DNA of 64,000 nucleotides from Candidatus Sumerlaeaceae bacterium (GCA_049968255.1 JBMFRB010000005.1:69822-133821), one strand, 5' to 3'. Counted from the stretch's first letter, positions 1-10,236 are shown. Translations and numbers: made by a program. Notes: generated from the sequence alone by a model not told the origin.

Positions 1-2107
1 AGGCCGGCACCAACATTGTCTTATAACCGTTTTTCTCGATGCGCAGGGTGTGAGTCCCCGGCGGAACATCGAGTAGAGCGAACCATCCCATGCCGTCGGT
101 TACTGTCGCCGTAGAGCTCACCCCATCAATCATCACTTGGGCATGGTCAACGGGCTGATTTGTTCCTGCATCCACCACAGTGCCCTCGAAAATACCAGTT
201 GTCGGATAGAACTTCCATTCGGGCACTGGTGGATCCACCCACGTGGGATAGACCTGCGATTTCAGGGCGTTGTAAAATTCGGTGCGAGTTTGGCTAGGGT
301 TAGTTGATTGCACCTCACTGCCCCAATCGTAGATGTTGAGTCCAGCAGCACCCTGCTGGCGGGCGTAAAGGAGCTGAGCCATGGAATTCGAAACAGAGGT
401 TTGCAGATATGCTCCAACTCCGATGATGCTCCCGCGGCCCGAGTCGTTCGCAAGCGACCAATTGGTCCAGCCTTGGAAGCGCGCATTATCGGTGGCGTAA
501 TTCATGAGGGCATTGTAGTCGAGATAGTGGTTCTTGAGCCAACCCACCCAGTCCTGGAACACTGATGCGTAAGCGCTCGAGGTTGGCCAAGTGGCTGCCG
601 TGTAATTTGAGCCCCAGTTGACTGTGCAAGCGGTGAGCACGACGTGAGGCTTCATCTTCCACGCTTTTACATAAATCTTCTTCACCTCGAGCGACACGCA
701 CTCGCGCCGCCAATTCGCCCAGTCGGGATCGCTGGCTGAAGGCGTGCCACTTTTTCCATAAACAGCATTGAACCGCGCGACACTCACGGGGTTATACCCC
801 CACGAGCCGGTGGTCTCGGGATAGCGAATATAATCGAGATTGATCCCATCAATGTCGTACTTCGCCAGGCAGTCCAAGATGACTGCGAGATTCCATTCCA
901 CCGTGCCTGGATGTCCCGGATCGACGAAGCGATTTGTGGCATCAATGGAACCGTCGCTTTTCAGCATTTCATATTCGGGGTGCTGGACGAGCACATGCGA
1001 AGTGTTGAGCGTCTCCCCTTTTGAGATGCGGTGCATGACGAACCAGGCGTGGACCTGCAAAGGTTTCTTGCCCCCGCTCGTGTCGTGCGCAAGCTCGATA
1101 AGGTAGCCAAGCGGGTCGAACGTGGGCCCCCCACTGATGTTTGTGGCGCGCGGCTCGATCGAAGAATTGTAGTAGGCATCGCCGATCTTGCGAACCTCGG
1201 GAATAATCGTGTTGATATTGTTGGCGCGGCACGTGTTGACGAAGTCTTGCGCTTGCGTTGGATCAAGGAAGCTAGCATTCCAAGAGTCGGCCCAAATGCA
1301 CCGGTACTCAACGGGACCTGTCGTGGATATCAGGTAGGACTGCGTTTGCGAAACTGTTGTGGCGTTGCTTGAATCCAGCGCTGCCATGAAGTAGGTAACT
1401 GTGCTGCCCACTGGCTGGGGTGGAATTTGCGCCCCATAAACAGTGTCGCCGCTAGCACCATCGCCGTGGCTGCCGTCATCGTAGGCTTGCACGGTGGCTT
1501 GGGTGCCCGGCGGTGTTACGTTGTAGGTGAGCGAAACGCTCGTCACGGGGAAGTCCGAAGACACAGTGGCGGTCACAGTGACGCTGTCCTGCGCTGTTGG
1601 TTTGCTCGACGTGCGCTGAAGATTAGCGATAGTCAACGGGCCGGCGGACACTCGGTGCCAGATGATGCAATCTGCGATAAATGCCCCGCTCGCGCCCGTG
1701 TTGTCCATGCGCACGCTTCCGGCGGTGCCCGCATCAAAGTACCATGTTCCAAGAAGCACCTGAACAACCTGGTTTGCGCCGTACTGATTCAAGTGGACCA
1801 CAGTGGTGGTGCCACCGGCATAGGTGATGGTCATGGGCGCGTCGGTGGTGCGGTTGGTACTGCTGCGAAAAGCCGCCCTCACTTCGTAGAAGCCAGCCTG
1901 CGGCAGATTGGGTGTCCATACGCAGTAACTCGGCGGATCGGTAGAAAGCATGTATTGATAAGTGCCGATGTAACCACTCGTTGAGCTCTGATACCACGTC
2001 CCCACCTTCACGAATCCCGGAGCGCCATCGTCATCATTGACCACGATATCTTGGGCCAATGCTGCGGCGCTCAACATAACGAAAAGCAGGATTTGAAACC
2101 CACGCAC
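1..2107 (-). CDS. Secreted modular GHL10 (DUF187) glycoside hydrolase-like protein; 3' end runs off the window
   Basis: Not in the ORF track; read by hand and spot-checked for frame. GTG at 2107 follows GAGGGG. Signal peptide MRGFQILLFVMLSAAALA, golvesin/Xly-CBD-like module (DIVVNDDDG..WTPNLPQAGFYEV..IADCIIW), Ig-like linker, GHL10 motifs (EYRCIWADSW, QVHAWF, DPGHP, YDIDGINLDYIRYP), then a carboxypeptidase-regulatory-like module (GIFEGTVVD..PPGTHTLRIEKNGY). Confidence 0.85.
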   Translation of the reverse strand, partial: MRGFQILLFVMLSAAALAQDIVVNDDDGAPGFVKVGTWYQSSTSGYIGTYQYMLSTDPPSYCVWTPNLPQAGFYEVRAAFRSSTNRTTDAPMTITYAGGTTTVVHLNQYGANQVVQVLLGTWYFDAGTAGSVRMDNTGASGAFIADCIIWHRVSAGPLTIANLQRTSSKPTAQDSVTVTATVSSDFPVTSVSLTYNVTPPGTQATVQAYDDGSHGDGASGDTVYGAQIPPQPVGSTVTYFMAALDSSNATTVSQTQSYLISTTGPVEYRCIWADSWNASFLDPTQAQDFVNTCRANNINTIIPEVRKIGDAYYNSSIEPRATNISGGPTFDPLGYLIELAHDTSGGKKPLQVHAWFVMHRISKGETLNTSHVLVQHPEYEMLKSDGSIDATNRFVDPGHPGTVEWNLAVILDCLAKYDIDGINLDYIRYPETTGSWGYNPVSVARFNAVYGKSGTPSASDPDWANWRRECVSLEVKKIYVKAWKMKPHVVLTACTVNWGSNYTAATWPTSSAYASVFQDWVGWLKNHYLDYNALMNYATDNARFQGWTNWSLANDSGRGSIIGVGAYLQTSVSNSMAQLLYARQQGAAGLNIYDWGSEVQSTNPSQTRTEFYNALKSQVYPTWVDPPVPEWKFYPTTGIFEGTVVDAGTNQPVDHAQVMIDGVSSTATVTDGMGWFALLDVPPGTHTLRIEKNGYKTMLVPA

Positions 2108-2267
2108 CGGTCTACCCCTCCCGCGCTACAAAGGTCGGCTTTGGTAGCGCTGACTATACTCTCTTTTATACCTGTCGAAATCTGTCTCTCATCCCCTGGG
2201 CAAAGTAAACAGAAAAAGAACTGATAGCAAGAAATAGTCAGCGGCATGAAAGAATCGAAGGCACCCT

Positions 2268-3251
2268 CTAATTTGCTCTCTCGGGTAGAGATTCGGCCAC
2301 CGGCGGTGCCAAACCAAGGCTCAAAAGAGCTTGCTGTGTTAAAGGCTGTGGGGGCAAGTGGAGAAATTCTTCCCGATTCAGGTCCTGTGGTGGGGAAATT
2401 TTAGTGTCCGCGGAGAGAAAAGGCTCAACCTCGCCCGGCGTCGCCCGTTCAAGTGCAAGTGTGCCAAGAATCTGTTGACGCACGAGGCGACCTGCTGCGT
2501 CGATCCACCCCAGAGAAGACACGTCGCCCCATCGTGTGGTGACGCGATAGGCTAGTTGCTTCTGCCCACGGACGACAATTTCCTCCGCATCTCCAATCTG
2601 CAAATCCACACGTCCTAGCCGAAGATTCCACAGTGGGTCCACAGCGAGCAGGGAAAACTTTTTGCCAGGCACGATCACGTCGGAACGAAGTAAGACCGAG
2701 CGGAAGGCATCGGCCAGGACGATAGGCTTGTCGAGCCGAAAGCGTCCACGCTGAACGTTGGTGCCGGTGCGAACCTCGATGAAGAAATCGGGGAACTCGA
2801 CCTTGCCAGCGAGCGAGAATTTGGCCGTCGGTAGAGTGCCAGTCACCCAGAAGCTGTCGAGGGCCAAACGCTCATCCAAGCGAGCAGCCAATGCAACCCA
2901 AAAGGCGACAACGCCAGCGGGCCCCAATCTCGCCGCAGTTATGGCCTCGAGCTGATAGGAGGGCGGTGTAGTAAGCTGGCGAGTCATTGTGGTCACGAGG
3001 GCGCCAACAGGATTGCCGCCCATGGTCAGCAGAGCGTACTCGCTCGTGTCATGCCATTTGGCGGCAATGGCCTGCAGATCGAGAAGATTCGGTTCGTCAC
3101 CGGAGGTATAGTTTCCTTCGCGTCGCCACAGCAGGAGCATCATCACGAGCCAAAAAGCTATGACGAAAACGCCGCCGAACGGCCAACTTCGGCGACTCGT
3201 TTGCGCCGCTTGAGTTTGGTGCGGTCTAATTTTTTCGTGCAATGTTGACAC
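2268..3251 (-). CDS. Hypothetical membrane-anchored protein
   Basis: Long ORF with an N-terminal hydrophobic helix (GGVFVIAFWLVMMLLLW) followed by a beta-rich domain. Start moved to GTG 3251 because the longer ORF overlaps the divergent gene. Confidence 0.65.
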   Translation of the reverse strand: MSTLHEKIRPHQTQAAQTSRRSWPFGGVFVIAFWLVMMLLLWRREGNYTSGDEPNLLDLQAIAAKWHDTSEYALLTMGGNPVGALVTTMTRQLTTPPSYQLEAITAARLGPAGVVAFWVALAARLDERLALDSFWVTGTLPTAKFSLAGKVEFPDFFIEVRTGTNVQRGRFRLDKPIVLADAFRSVLLRSDVIVPGKKFSLLAVDPLWNLRLGRVDLQIGDAEEIVVRGQKQLAYRVTTRWGDVSSLGWIDAAGRLVRQQILGTLALERATPGEVEPFLSADTKISPPQDLNREEFLHLPPQPLTQQALLSLGLAPPVAESLPERAN

Positions 3252-3309
3252 GCTCGCCAATCCTTTGCTTGCATTTTCTTTTTCGTGTTCCCCTACTGTC
3301 AGCAAGAAG

Positions 3310-3933
3310 ATGGCCGCGTCGAAACAAGAGCTGCGTCTGCGCTTTAAAGAACTTCGGGCGTCGCTGTCGCCGCAAGAATGCAAAGCGCTGAGTGCAGAAA
3401 TTCTCGATCGAATCCGCAAACTTTCCGCTCTTCAGGCAGCCAGTTGCATCTTCAGTTACATTGCTTTTGGGCGCGAAGCCGACACGCGGCCACTCTTGGC
3501 GGAGCTCCTTGCGGCGGGCAAACTTGTTGTGGCACCGGGAAAGGACCGGCGCCTCGACATCACGCGTTGTTTTCATTTTCTGCGCGAGAACGACCCACTG
3601 CTCTTGGCCGAGAAACCAGAAATAGAAACTCCGGACACATGCGATTTACTGGATTTGAGAGATGTGGACATTTTCCTCGTGCCCGGCATTGTATGGGATG
3701 AATCGGGTTATCGCATTGGCTTCGGGGGTGGATATTTTGATAAAATCTTATCGAAGAGGCGGCCTGATTCCTTGGCGATTGGCCTGGCTTACGACTTCCA
3801 AGTGCTCCCTTCTTTGCATCCTGATCCGTGGGACCAGCCAGTAGACTTGCTCATCACGGAGAAACGTGAAATTTCAACCCGCGAGCATCGGCAAAACATT
3901 AAGCAAGATGACGACGTCATCCGTCTCGATTAA
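3310..3933 (+). CDS. ygfA: 5-formyltetrahydrofolate cyclo-ligase
   Basis: KQELR N-terminus, DIFLVPG, GYRIGFGGGYFD, WDQPVDLLITE. ATG at 3310. Confidence 0.93.
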   Translation: MAASKQELRLRFKELRASLSPQECKALSAEILDRIRKLSALQAASCIFSYIAFGREADTRPLLAELLAAGKLVVAPGKDRRLDITRCFHFLRENDPLLLAEKPEIETPDTCDLLDLRDVDIFLVPGIVWDESGYRIGFGGGYFDKILSKRRPDSLAIGLAYDFQVLPSLHPDPWDQPVDLLITEKREISTREHRQNIKQDDDVIRLD

Positions 3934-4042
3934 TGATGGATGTTTTCAGCTTTTGACGAACGCAAAAAATGCCTGCAGAAGTGCTTTCTGCCAGAAGAAC
4001 AGCTTTTCATGAATTTGATGGAGAAGTCGCACGGTGAGGTCG

Positions 4043-5299
4043 ATGCGCAAAGGGGTACTTTCGTGGATTTCTTTTTGCATGGCCATACTATTTGCCAACA
4101 GCCACCTAAGCGGAGGACAGTTGGAGCAGGAAATGACCGTGGAACAAGCAAGCGCCCTTATGGAAGAACAAGTTCAAGAACTGCTGAAATTTGTGAGGGG
4201 CAAACACGTGGGACTCATCACAAATCCCACGGGTGTAGACGGACGTTTGCGTATGATTGCGGATCGGCTCCGGGAGGATCCCAATACAACTGTTGTCGCC
4301 TTTTTCGCACCAGAGCATGGTCTGCGTGGCAACGCGCAGGCAGGCCAAAAAATCGCTGATCAACTCGATCCTGCGACGAGTATCCCCGTGTTTTCGCTTT
4401 ATGGCCAACGGCCTGCACCGAGCGAAGAAGCTCTGCGCGGGATCGATGTGTTGGTTTTCGACATCCAGGACGTTGGGGCGCGATTTTACACCTTTGGCTG
4501 GACTATGACCTACATAATGGAGGCGGCGGCGCAGAAAGGGATTCCTTTCGTCGTGTTTGACCGGCCGAATCCAATAGGCGGGCATCGCGTTGAGGGCGCA
4601 CCCAACACCTTTGACTGTGGCCTCATCGGACGCCTTCTGAGCACGCAATCCCAAGGTGTTGCCACGCGCCACGGCTTGACGCTCGGCGAGCTGGCACGCT
4701 ACGTCAACGGCGAGTGGTACGCAAACAGAGTTGATTTGCGTGTGATCGAGATTCGTGGTTGGCGCCGGAGCATGTACTTTGACGAGACGGGGCGGCCGTG
4801 GGTGCCGCCGTCGCCCAATATGCCGACGCTCGACACAGCGCTCGTTTATCCGGGCATGTGCCTGTTCGAAGGAACAAACCTTAGTGAGGGACGCGGAACT
4901 ACGCGGCCTTTTGAGATAATTGGTGCTCCGTTCATCCATCCGCTGGTGTTAGTGGCAGCGCTCGAGAAGAAAAACCTGCCAGGGGTGATCTTTCGGCCGA
5001 CATACTTCACGCCAAGCTTCTCCAAATGGCAGGGGCAGGTGTGTGCTGGAATTCAGGTTCACGTCACTGACCGCGAGGCATTCCAGCCGATTCACTCCGC
5101 ACTCATTCTACTGAAAACAATCATCGAGCTATACCCGACGCAGGTGGAAGTGACGCCTTTTGCTTCAAAGCTTATGGGCATGCCCGATTTTCACAAACGT
5201 ATCCTTACGGAGAGTGTGGACTCCATCGAGGCCAGCTGGCAGGAGAATCTGGAAAAGTACAAGAAGATACGCGAGAAGTACTTGCTCTACAAGCCCTAG
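4043..5299 (+). CDS. namZ: DUF1343 / NamZ (YbbC)-family exo-beta-N-acetylmuramidase, secreted
   Basis: VGLITNPTG, FAPEHGLRG, FDIQDVGARFYTF, DRPNP, EGTNLSEGRGTTRPFE; N-terminal signal-like segment. Confidence 0.92.
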   Translation: MRKGVLSWISFCMAILFANSHLSGGQLEQEMTVEQASALMEEQVQELLKFVRGKHVGLITNPTGVDGRLRMIADRLREDPNTTVVAFFAPEHGLRGNAQAGQKIADQLDPATSIPVFSLYGQRPAPSEEALRGIDVLVFDIQDVGARFYTFGWTMTYIMEAAAQKGIPFVVFDRPNPIGGHRVEGAPNTFDCGLIGRLLSTQSQGVATRHGLTLGELARYVNGEWYANRVDLRVIEIRGWRRSMYFDETGRPWVPPSPNMPTLDTALVYPGMCLFEGTNLSEGRGTTRPFEIIGAPFIHPLVLVAALEKKNLPGVIFRPTYFTPSFSKWQGQVCAGIQVHVTDREAFQPIHSALILLKTIIELYPTQVEVTPFASKLMGMPDFHKRILTESVDSIEASWQENLEKYKKIREKYLLYKP

Positions 5300-6708
5300 G
5301 TTCTGTTGCCTGGAGAGGGAGGACGTGATTCGGATGTCGTTGGAGGCTTCCGCTCTGCGCGTTTTTCGAGGCGTTTCTTCCCCCACCAGGCCATACGTTT
5401 GGCAATCTCTCGCTCGAATCCAAAAGCGCCAGGCTCATAGAAACAGCGGTTTTTGACCTCGGGCGGCAGAAATTCTTGCGCCGCGAAATGCTCAGGGGTG
5501 TCGTGGTCATAGACGTAGTCGTTGCCATAGCCGAGCTCGCGCATGAGCTTGGTGGGAGCGTTGCGCAAATGCAGCGGCACCGGCAACGAACCGCTCTCCT
5601 CGATTTCCTTTTGAAGGCGCGCTTGCGCGACGTAAAGAGCATTGCTCTTGGGCGCCGTCGCCAAATAGACGACACACTGGAGCAATGCGAGCTCCCCTTC
5701 GGGAGAGCCGAGAACTTCGTAAGCTTCGCGAGCCGCCAGCGCAATGACAAGTGCCTGAGGATCGGCATTGCCGATATCCTCTGACGCAAACCGGATCATT
5801 CGGCGCGCCAAATAAAGCGGATCCTCACCGCTGGCGATCATGCGTTGCGCCCAGTACAGCGCGGCTTGTGGGTCGCTGCCACGCATCGCTTTATGGAGCG
5901 CGCTGATAAGGTTGTAGTGTTCTTCGCCTTCTTTGTCGTAGAGGAGGTGTTTTCGGCGCAATGCTTGCGCCAGTGTGTCGGCCGTAAGACTTCGTTTGCC
6001 GCTCGGATCGGCAAGCGCAATTTCCACGCAGAGTTCGAGAAGATTAAGCGCGCGGCGAGCATCACCGTCAGAGAGTTGAGCAATTTTCTCCAGCACTTCG
6101 CCGGGGACTTCGATGTTCAATTTGCCAAGTCCGCGTTCGGCATCTTTGAGTGCGCGCTGGAGAAGTGCGCCCACGTGCGCTTCTCCAAGGCGCTTGAGCA
6201 CGATGACCTCGCAGCGGCTTAGTAGCGGCGCGATCACAGAGAAGGAGGGATTCTCGGTTGTGGCACCAATGAGGATAATTGAGCCATCTTCCACAAAGGG
6301 TAGAAATGCGTCCTGCTGCGCCTTGTTAAATCGGTGGATCTCATCGATGAAAAGAAGTGTGCGCCGGCCGTAGCGGTTGCGGTTGATGCGCGCGCGTTCC
6401 ATGACCTCACGCACATCCCTGATGGAGGCCGTCACGGCGCTCAGCGAAACAAACTCGCAGTCGGTAAGTTTTGCCAGAATCAGAGCGAGTGTGGTTTTTC
6501 CGCAACCAGGCGGCCCCCAGAAGATCATCGAGCGAAGCTTGCCCTGGGTCAGCAGATGCCGCAGCGGCGAATCGGGACCGAGAATCTCTTCCTGACCGAC
6601 AAACTCGTCAAGCGTGCGCGGACGCATGCGATCTGCCAGCGGCCGAGGTGGCCGCGGCGTATCTGCTTTTTGCTGCGAATCGCCGAAGAGATCTGTCTCG
6701 TCCATCAT
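5296..6708 (-). CDS. rarA: Replication-associated recombination protein A (MgsA, AAA+)
   Basis: PLADRMRP, Walker A WGPPGCGKTT, FIDEIHRFNKAQQD, GATTENPSF, SEDIGNADP, VPLHLRNAPT. Confidence 0.97.
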   Translation of the reverse strand: MMDETDLFGDSQQKADTPRPPRPLADRMRPRTLDEFVGQEEILGPDSPLRHLLTQGKLRSMIFWGPPGCGKTTLALILAKLTDCEFVSLSAVTASIRDVREVMERARINRNRYGRRTLLFIDEIHRFNKAQQDAFLPFVEDGSIILIGATTENPSFSVIAPLLSRCEVIVLKRLGEAHVGALLQRALKDAERGLGKLNIEVPGEVLEKIAQLSDGDARRALNLLELCVEIALADPSGKRSLTADTLAQALRRKHLLYDKEGEEHYNLISALHKAMRGSDPQAALYWAQRMIASGEDPLYLARRMIRFASEDIGNADPQALVIALAAREAYEVLGSPEGELALLQCVVYLATAPKSNALYVAQARLQKEIEESGSLPVPLHLRNAPTKLMRELGYGNDYVYDHDTPEHFAAQEFLPPEVKNRCFYEPGAFGFEREIAKRMAWWGKKRLEKRAERKPPTTSESRPPSPGNRT

Positions 6709-6790
6709 CGTCCTTATCGAAACATAACTCTAGGAGAGCTTCGACCGGCGAACAAATGAATTCTGAGCTCCATTGTTTACCGTAAAGCCT

Positions 6791-7879
6791 ATGTTTGTTG
6801 ATCATGCCAAAATTTTTCTTGAGGCCGGCGACGGCGGCGATGGCTGCGTGAGCTTCCGCCGCGAAAAGTATGTGCCTTTTGGCGGACCAGATGGGGGCGA
6901 CGGAGGCCGGGGAGGCCACATTTATCTCGTGGCTGACCCCCACATGACCACGCTGCTGGACTTCAAGTATAAGCCCCATCACAAGGCTCAGCGTGGGCAA
7001 CATGGGTCAGGAAGCAACTGCTCGGGGCGCGACGGCGAAGACCTTTATTTGCGTGTGCCGCTTGGCACTGTGGTCTGCGATGAGCAGGGCAACGTGCTAA
7101 CGGAGCTGCTCGTTCCCGGCCAGACGTATCTCGCTGCACGCGGCGGCCGTGGCGGCCGTGGAAACCAGCATTTCGCCACGCCAACGAACAAGGCGCCTCG
7201 CAAATTTGAATATGGCGAAGAGGGCGAGAAACGAACTCTCATCCTCGAACTCAAAATCATCGCTGATGTGGGAATCGTTGGACTTCCAAATGCCGGTAAG
7301 TCGACGCTGCTTGCAGCCGTAACTGCTGCGAATCCGAAGATCGCACCCTACCCCTTCACGACGGTGCACCCGAATCTCGGTGTGATGGAGCTTGACGCGG
7401 CGACACGCTGCACGTTAGCCGATATCCCTGGACTCATCGAAGGAGCACATCGTGGTACCGGCTTGGGTTTGCGCTTTCTGCGCCACATCGAGCGCACGAA
7501 GATTCTCGTCCATCTCGTGGCCCCACCCGATCATGGGCAGGTGGATGACTTCGAGCATTATCACTATGCCTGGCACCTCGTGAACCAGGAACTTGCTGCT
7601 TATTCCCCAGCACTAGCGCGCAAACCGCAAATTGTGTGCATAACGAAAGTTGACCTGTTGCCGCCCGAAGTTGTTCAGAATATTGTGGAAGGATTCAGCA
7701 AGCGCGAGGGAATGGACGTGCTGCCGATCAGCGCGCAGGCGGGCGCAGGGCTCAACGCGCTACGCGAACGAATCCGAGAAAAACTGCATGAATTTGCTCA
7801 GGCCGAAGAGACTCAAACACTACCCTCGAACATCGAGAATTCGGGCGTGGGGCTGCCCGACGGATCAGGCCCCGAATAG
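6791..7879 (+). CDS. obgE: GTPase ObgE/CgtA
   Basis: MFVD..GDGGDGCVSFRREK Gly-rich Obg domain, G1 GLPNAGKST, YPFTT, DIPGLIEGA, TKVD. Confidence 0.97.
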   Translation: MFVDHAKIFLEAGDGGDGCVSFRREKYVPFGGPDGGDGGRGGHIYLVADPHMTTLLDFKYKPHHKAQRGQHGSGSNCSGRDGEDLYLRVPLGTVVCDEQGNVLTELLVPGQTYLAARGGRGGRGNQHFATPTNKAPRKFEYGEEGEKRTLILELKIIADVGIVGLPNAGKSTLLAAVTAANPKIAPYPFTTVHPNLGVMELDAATRCTLADIPGLIEGAHRGTGLGLRFLRHIERTKILVHLVAPPDHGQVDDFEHYHYAWHLVNQELAAYSPALARKPQIVCITKVDLLPPEVVQNIVEGFSKREGMDVLPISAQAGAGLNALRERIREKLHEFAQAEETQTLPSNIENSGVGLPDGSGPE

Positions 7880-7940
7880 TAGAACACGTTTGATCTTCGC
7901 GGTTGACGTTTTCCCATTCTGGCCATCACTAACAAAGCGC

Positions 7941-9140
7941 ATGCGTGTACCGACTGGCGGACTCACATTTTTCGCGAGCATTGGCCTATGTGCGCTCGTA
8001 ATGAGTGGAGAAGGGAAAGTGTCCGTGGATTTGCCTGAAACGCTAGAGCAGCGGCTTTCTCATGCCAAGCCCGGCGACATCGTCGATGTTGCCCCTTTTT
8101 CGCTCGATCGCGTGACAACTCAAAGCTACGAAAAGCGCGGAGGGGGACCGCCGATGGTGTTTTCCGACGATCCCGAATATTTCCGCGTGCCGGAGGGAGC
8201 TGGTGTCCGCGAGCAGGTTGGCCCCGGTGGGGTGCGACTTTATGTTTATCATGTGAATGCCACAACAGATAGTGCTAAACGCATTTCGAGCGTGATCGAA
8301 AACCTTGGTAGCGGCCCGCTGACCGTGCGTTTCCGGCGTTATGCATCCACCGGCCCAAGCACGGATTATTACAAGGTCGGCAAGCAAGGGCTTGTGGAAT
8401 ACTTTTCGGGGAAAGTTCCTTCGCAGACGTTGGTTATTCCGCCTGGCCAGGCAGCACCGCTCGATCCACGGATGGACAGCGCCGCAGTGAAATTCGACGA
8501 GCTTATTCACGGGTTTTACGACTTCGAGATAGACCAGCCGGCCCGCATCACGACCTTGCAAACGACGTTGGACACGCCAGCGGTTGAGGCAAACGCTCGT
8601 ATCAAGGAAGTTCTGCCGCCGCGAAAAGGTTCAGGGGCAGGACGCGGTCTTTATCAGACGACCGAATTTGATGTGAGCCTGCCAGGCGGGCAAATCTATG
8701 ATACGGCGGAGGGTCTCCGGCAGATAGTTTTGGCTGATGGCAAAACTGATCCTTGGATCAAAGGATGGGATAGCAGCCGGCAGACATCGGTGACCTTGGC
8801 TGGCAATTACGGCGTGCTCTATCACGTGCGGTTCGAGTATACTTCAAGTGATGGCCGTGCCCTCGTGTTGGGTTTGTGGTATCCGCCTTCTGGCAGACAA
8901 TGGTGCGAGGCCTGCGCACTGGCTGTGGTAGTCAACGACGGGCGTTTCAAGGGCGGGATTGTTCCCTTGCCGCGCACGAGCACCATATTCAAAGGGCGAT
9001 CCAGCGTGGCGGTAATCCAAGTTTACCCACCGCAACCGGCCAGCAAGAAAGGAGTGATCGAACTCACTTATTCCCCGCCTGGCGCTTCGTGTCTCCCCAC
9101 GCCATTGCTCCTAATCCCGGTACGATTGGGAGAACCCTAA
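7941..9140 (+). CDS. Hypothetical exported protein
   Basis: About 400-aa ORF with signal-like N-terminus (TFFASIGLCALVMS), conserved-looking blocks FSDDPE, GNYGVLY, SPPGASCLP. Ends 1 bp before the SurA-type gene. Confidence 0.7.
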   Translation: MRVPTGGLTFFASIGLCALVMSGEGKVSVDLPETLEQRLSHAKPGDIVDVAPFSLDRVTTQSYEKRGGGPPMVFSDDPEYFRVPEGAGVREQVGPGGVRLYVYHVNATTDSAKRISSVIENLGSGPLTVRFRRYASTGPSTDYYKVGKQGLVEYFSGKVPSQTLVIPPGQAAPLDPRMDSAAVKFDELIHGFYDFEIDQPARITTLQTTLDTPAVEANARIKEVLPPRKGSGAGRGLYQTTEFDVSLPGGQIYDTAEGLRQIVLADGKTDPWIKGWDSSRQTSVTLAGNYGVLYHVRFEYTSSDGRALVLGLWYPPSGRQWCEACALAVVVNDGRFKGGIVPLPRTSTIFKGRSSVAVIQVYPPQPASKKGVIELTYSPPGASCLPTPLLLIPVRLGEP

Positions 9141-9141
9141 G

Positions 9142-10236
9142 ATGCGTTGCGGCAAAGCTAGGCTCGGCGGGGTATGGATGACCATGCTGGTCGGCTTATC
9201 CTGCAGCCTGGCAACGGGCGCCCGCACTTATGATTGCGTCATCGCCAAACTCAATGAAGAGGTTATTCTGGCGAGCGATTTAGCCGATGTGCTGCGCGAG
9301 CGCCAAGGGCTGGCACACGTGAGCGACCCCGTGGCCGCGGCAGATATGCACGCGGTGAAAATTCTGCTGGATCGCAAACTCCTGCTCAATGTGGCTCGTC
9401 GTAGCAATGTCGAGGTGCCGGAAGCAGAGATTCAGGAGCAGGTGGAAGCGATGGTAGCTGAGGCACGAGCACGCTATCCTTCCAGCGCAGAATTTACTCG
9501 GGACGTGGCAGAAGAGTACGGCTCGCTGGAAAAATTCAAGCTAGAGCTGGCTCGCCGCGCCAAGGACGACTACCGCATCGCCCGTGCAGTGGCGAGCCGT
9601 TTCACGATCACCGACGCGGAGGTGGCTAAGTTCGAGCAAGAATGTCGCAACGACGGGATGCGGCCGGAAAGCTTTCGGTTACGACGCATTGGAGTGGCCA
9701 TTGATTCTGAAACGAGCAGGGGAGGCGAGAAAGCGCTGGCACGCGTGGCAGCTCTTCTGCGAGCGGGTACGCAAGCCCGCCTGAGTTTCGCAGAAACGGC
9801 TAAGCGCTATTCCGAAATTCCGGGCGAAGCAGCGATGGGCGGCGATCTTGGCTACATTTCCGCTGAAAAGTTGGCGCCGGAAGTTCTCAAGGCAGTCGAG
9901 AAACTTGAGCCGGGGCAGGTCACACCGCCACTCGTGACGGGACACTACGCGTGCATATTCTATGTAGAGGCGAAACGCGGTGCTCGCTCGGCACTTTACG
10001 AAAAGCGATTTTTGGAAACGCGTGACGCGCTTTTAGGCGAGTCTCGGCGCAAAGCGTCGCTAATTTTGTTCGATCAGCGCCTTGCCTCAAAAGTCCCTGC
10101 GGAGTACAAGGATAGCCTTCGGCAGAGCGTCCTTGGCTCGACAAAGAGCGCCGCTCCCCCCACATCAACCAGCGCTCCTACAACAGTGCCGGGCGAGAAG
10201 CACCGGCGGAGCCTATTTAGAATCTTTTCTCACTGA
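9142..10236 (+). CDS. surA: SurA-type periplasmic chaperone / parvulin peptidyl-prolyl isomerase
   Basis: Signal peptide, DCVIAKLNEEVILASDL (SurA N-domain), parvulin FAETAKRYSE..GGDLGYI; directly upstream of pdxA. Confidence 0.75.
   Translation: MRCGKARLGGVWMTMLVGLSCSLATGARTYDCVIAKLNEEVILASDLADVLRERQGLAHVSDPVAAADMHAVKILLDRKLLLNVARRSNVEVPEAEIQEQVEAMVAEARARYPSSAEFTRDVAEEYGSLEKFKLELARRAKDDYRIARAVASRFTITDAEVAKFEQECRNDGMRPESFRLRRIGVAIDSETSRGGEKALARVAALLRAGTQARLSFAETAKRYSEIPGEAAMGGDLGYISAEKLAPEVLKAVEKLEPGQVTPPLVTGHYACIFYVEAKRGARSALYEKRFLETRDALLGESRRKASLILFDQRLASKVPAEYKDSLRQSVLGSTKSAAPPTSTSAPTTVPGEKHRRSLFRIFSH

Noticed and set aside
3252-3309. 6S RNA (ssrS), often found upstream of ygfA
   Set aside because: Only about 58 bp separate ygfA from the divergent gene, too little for a ~180-nt RNA.
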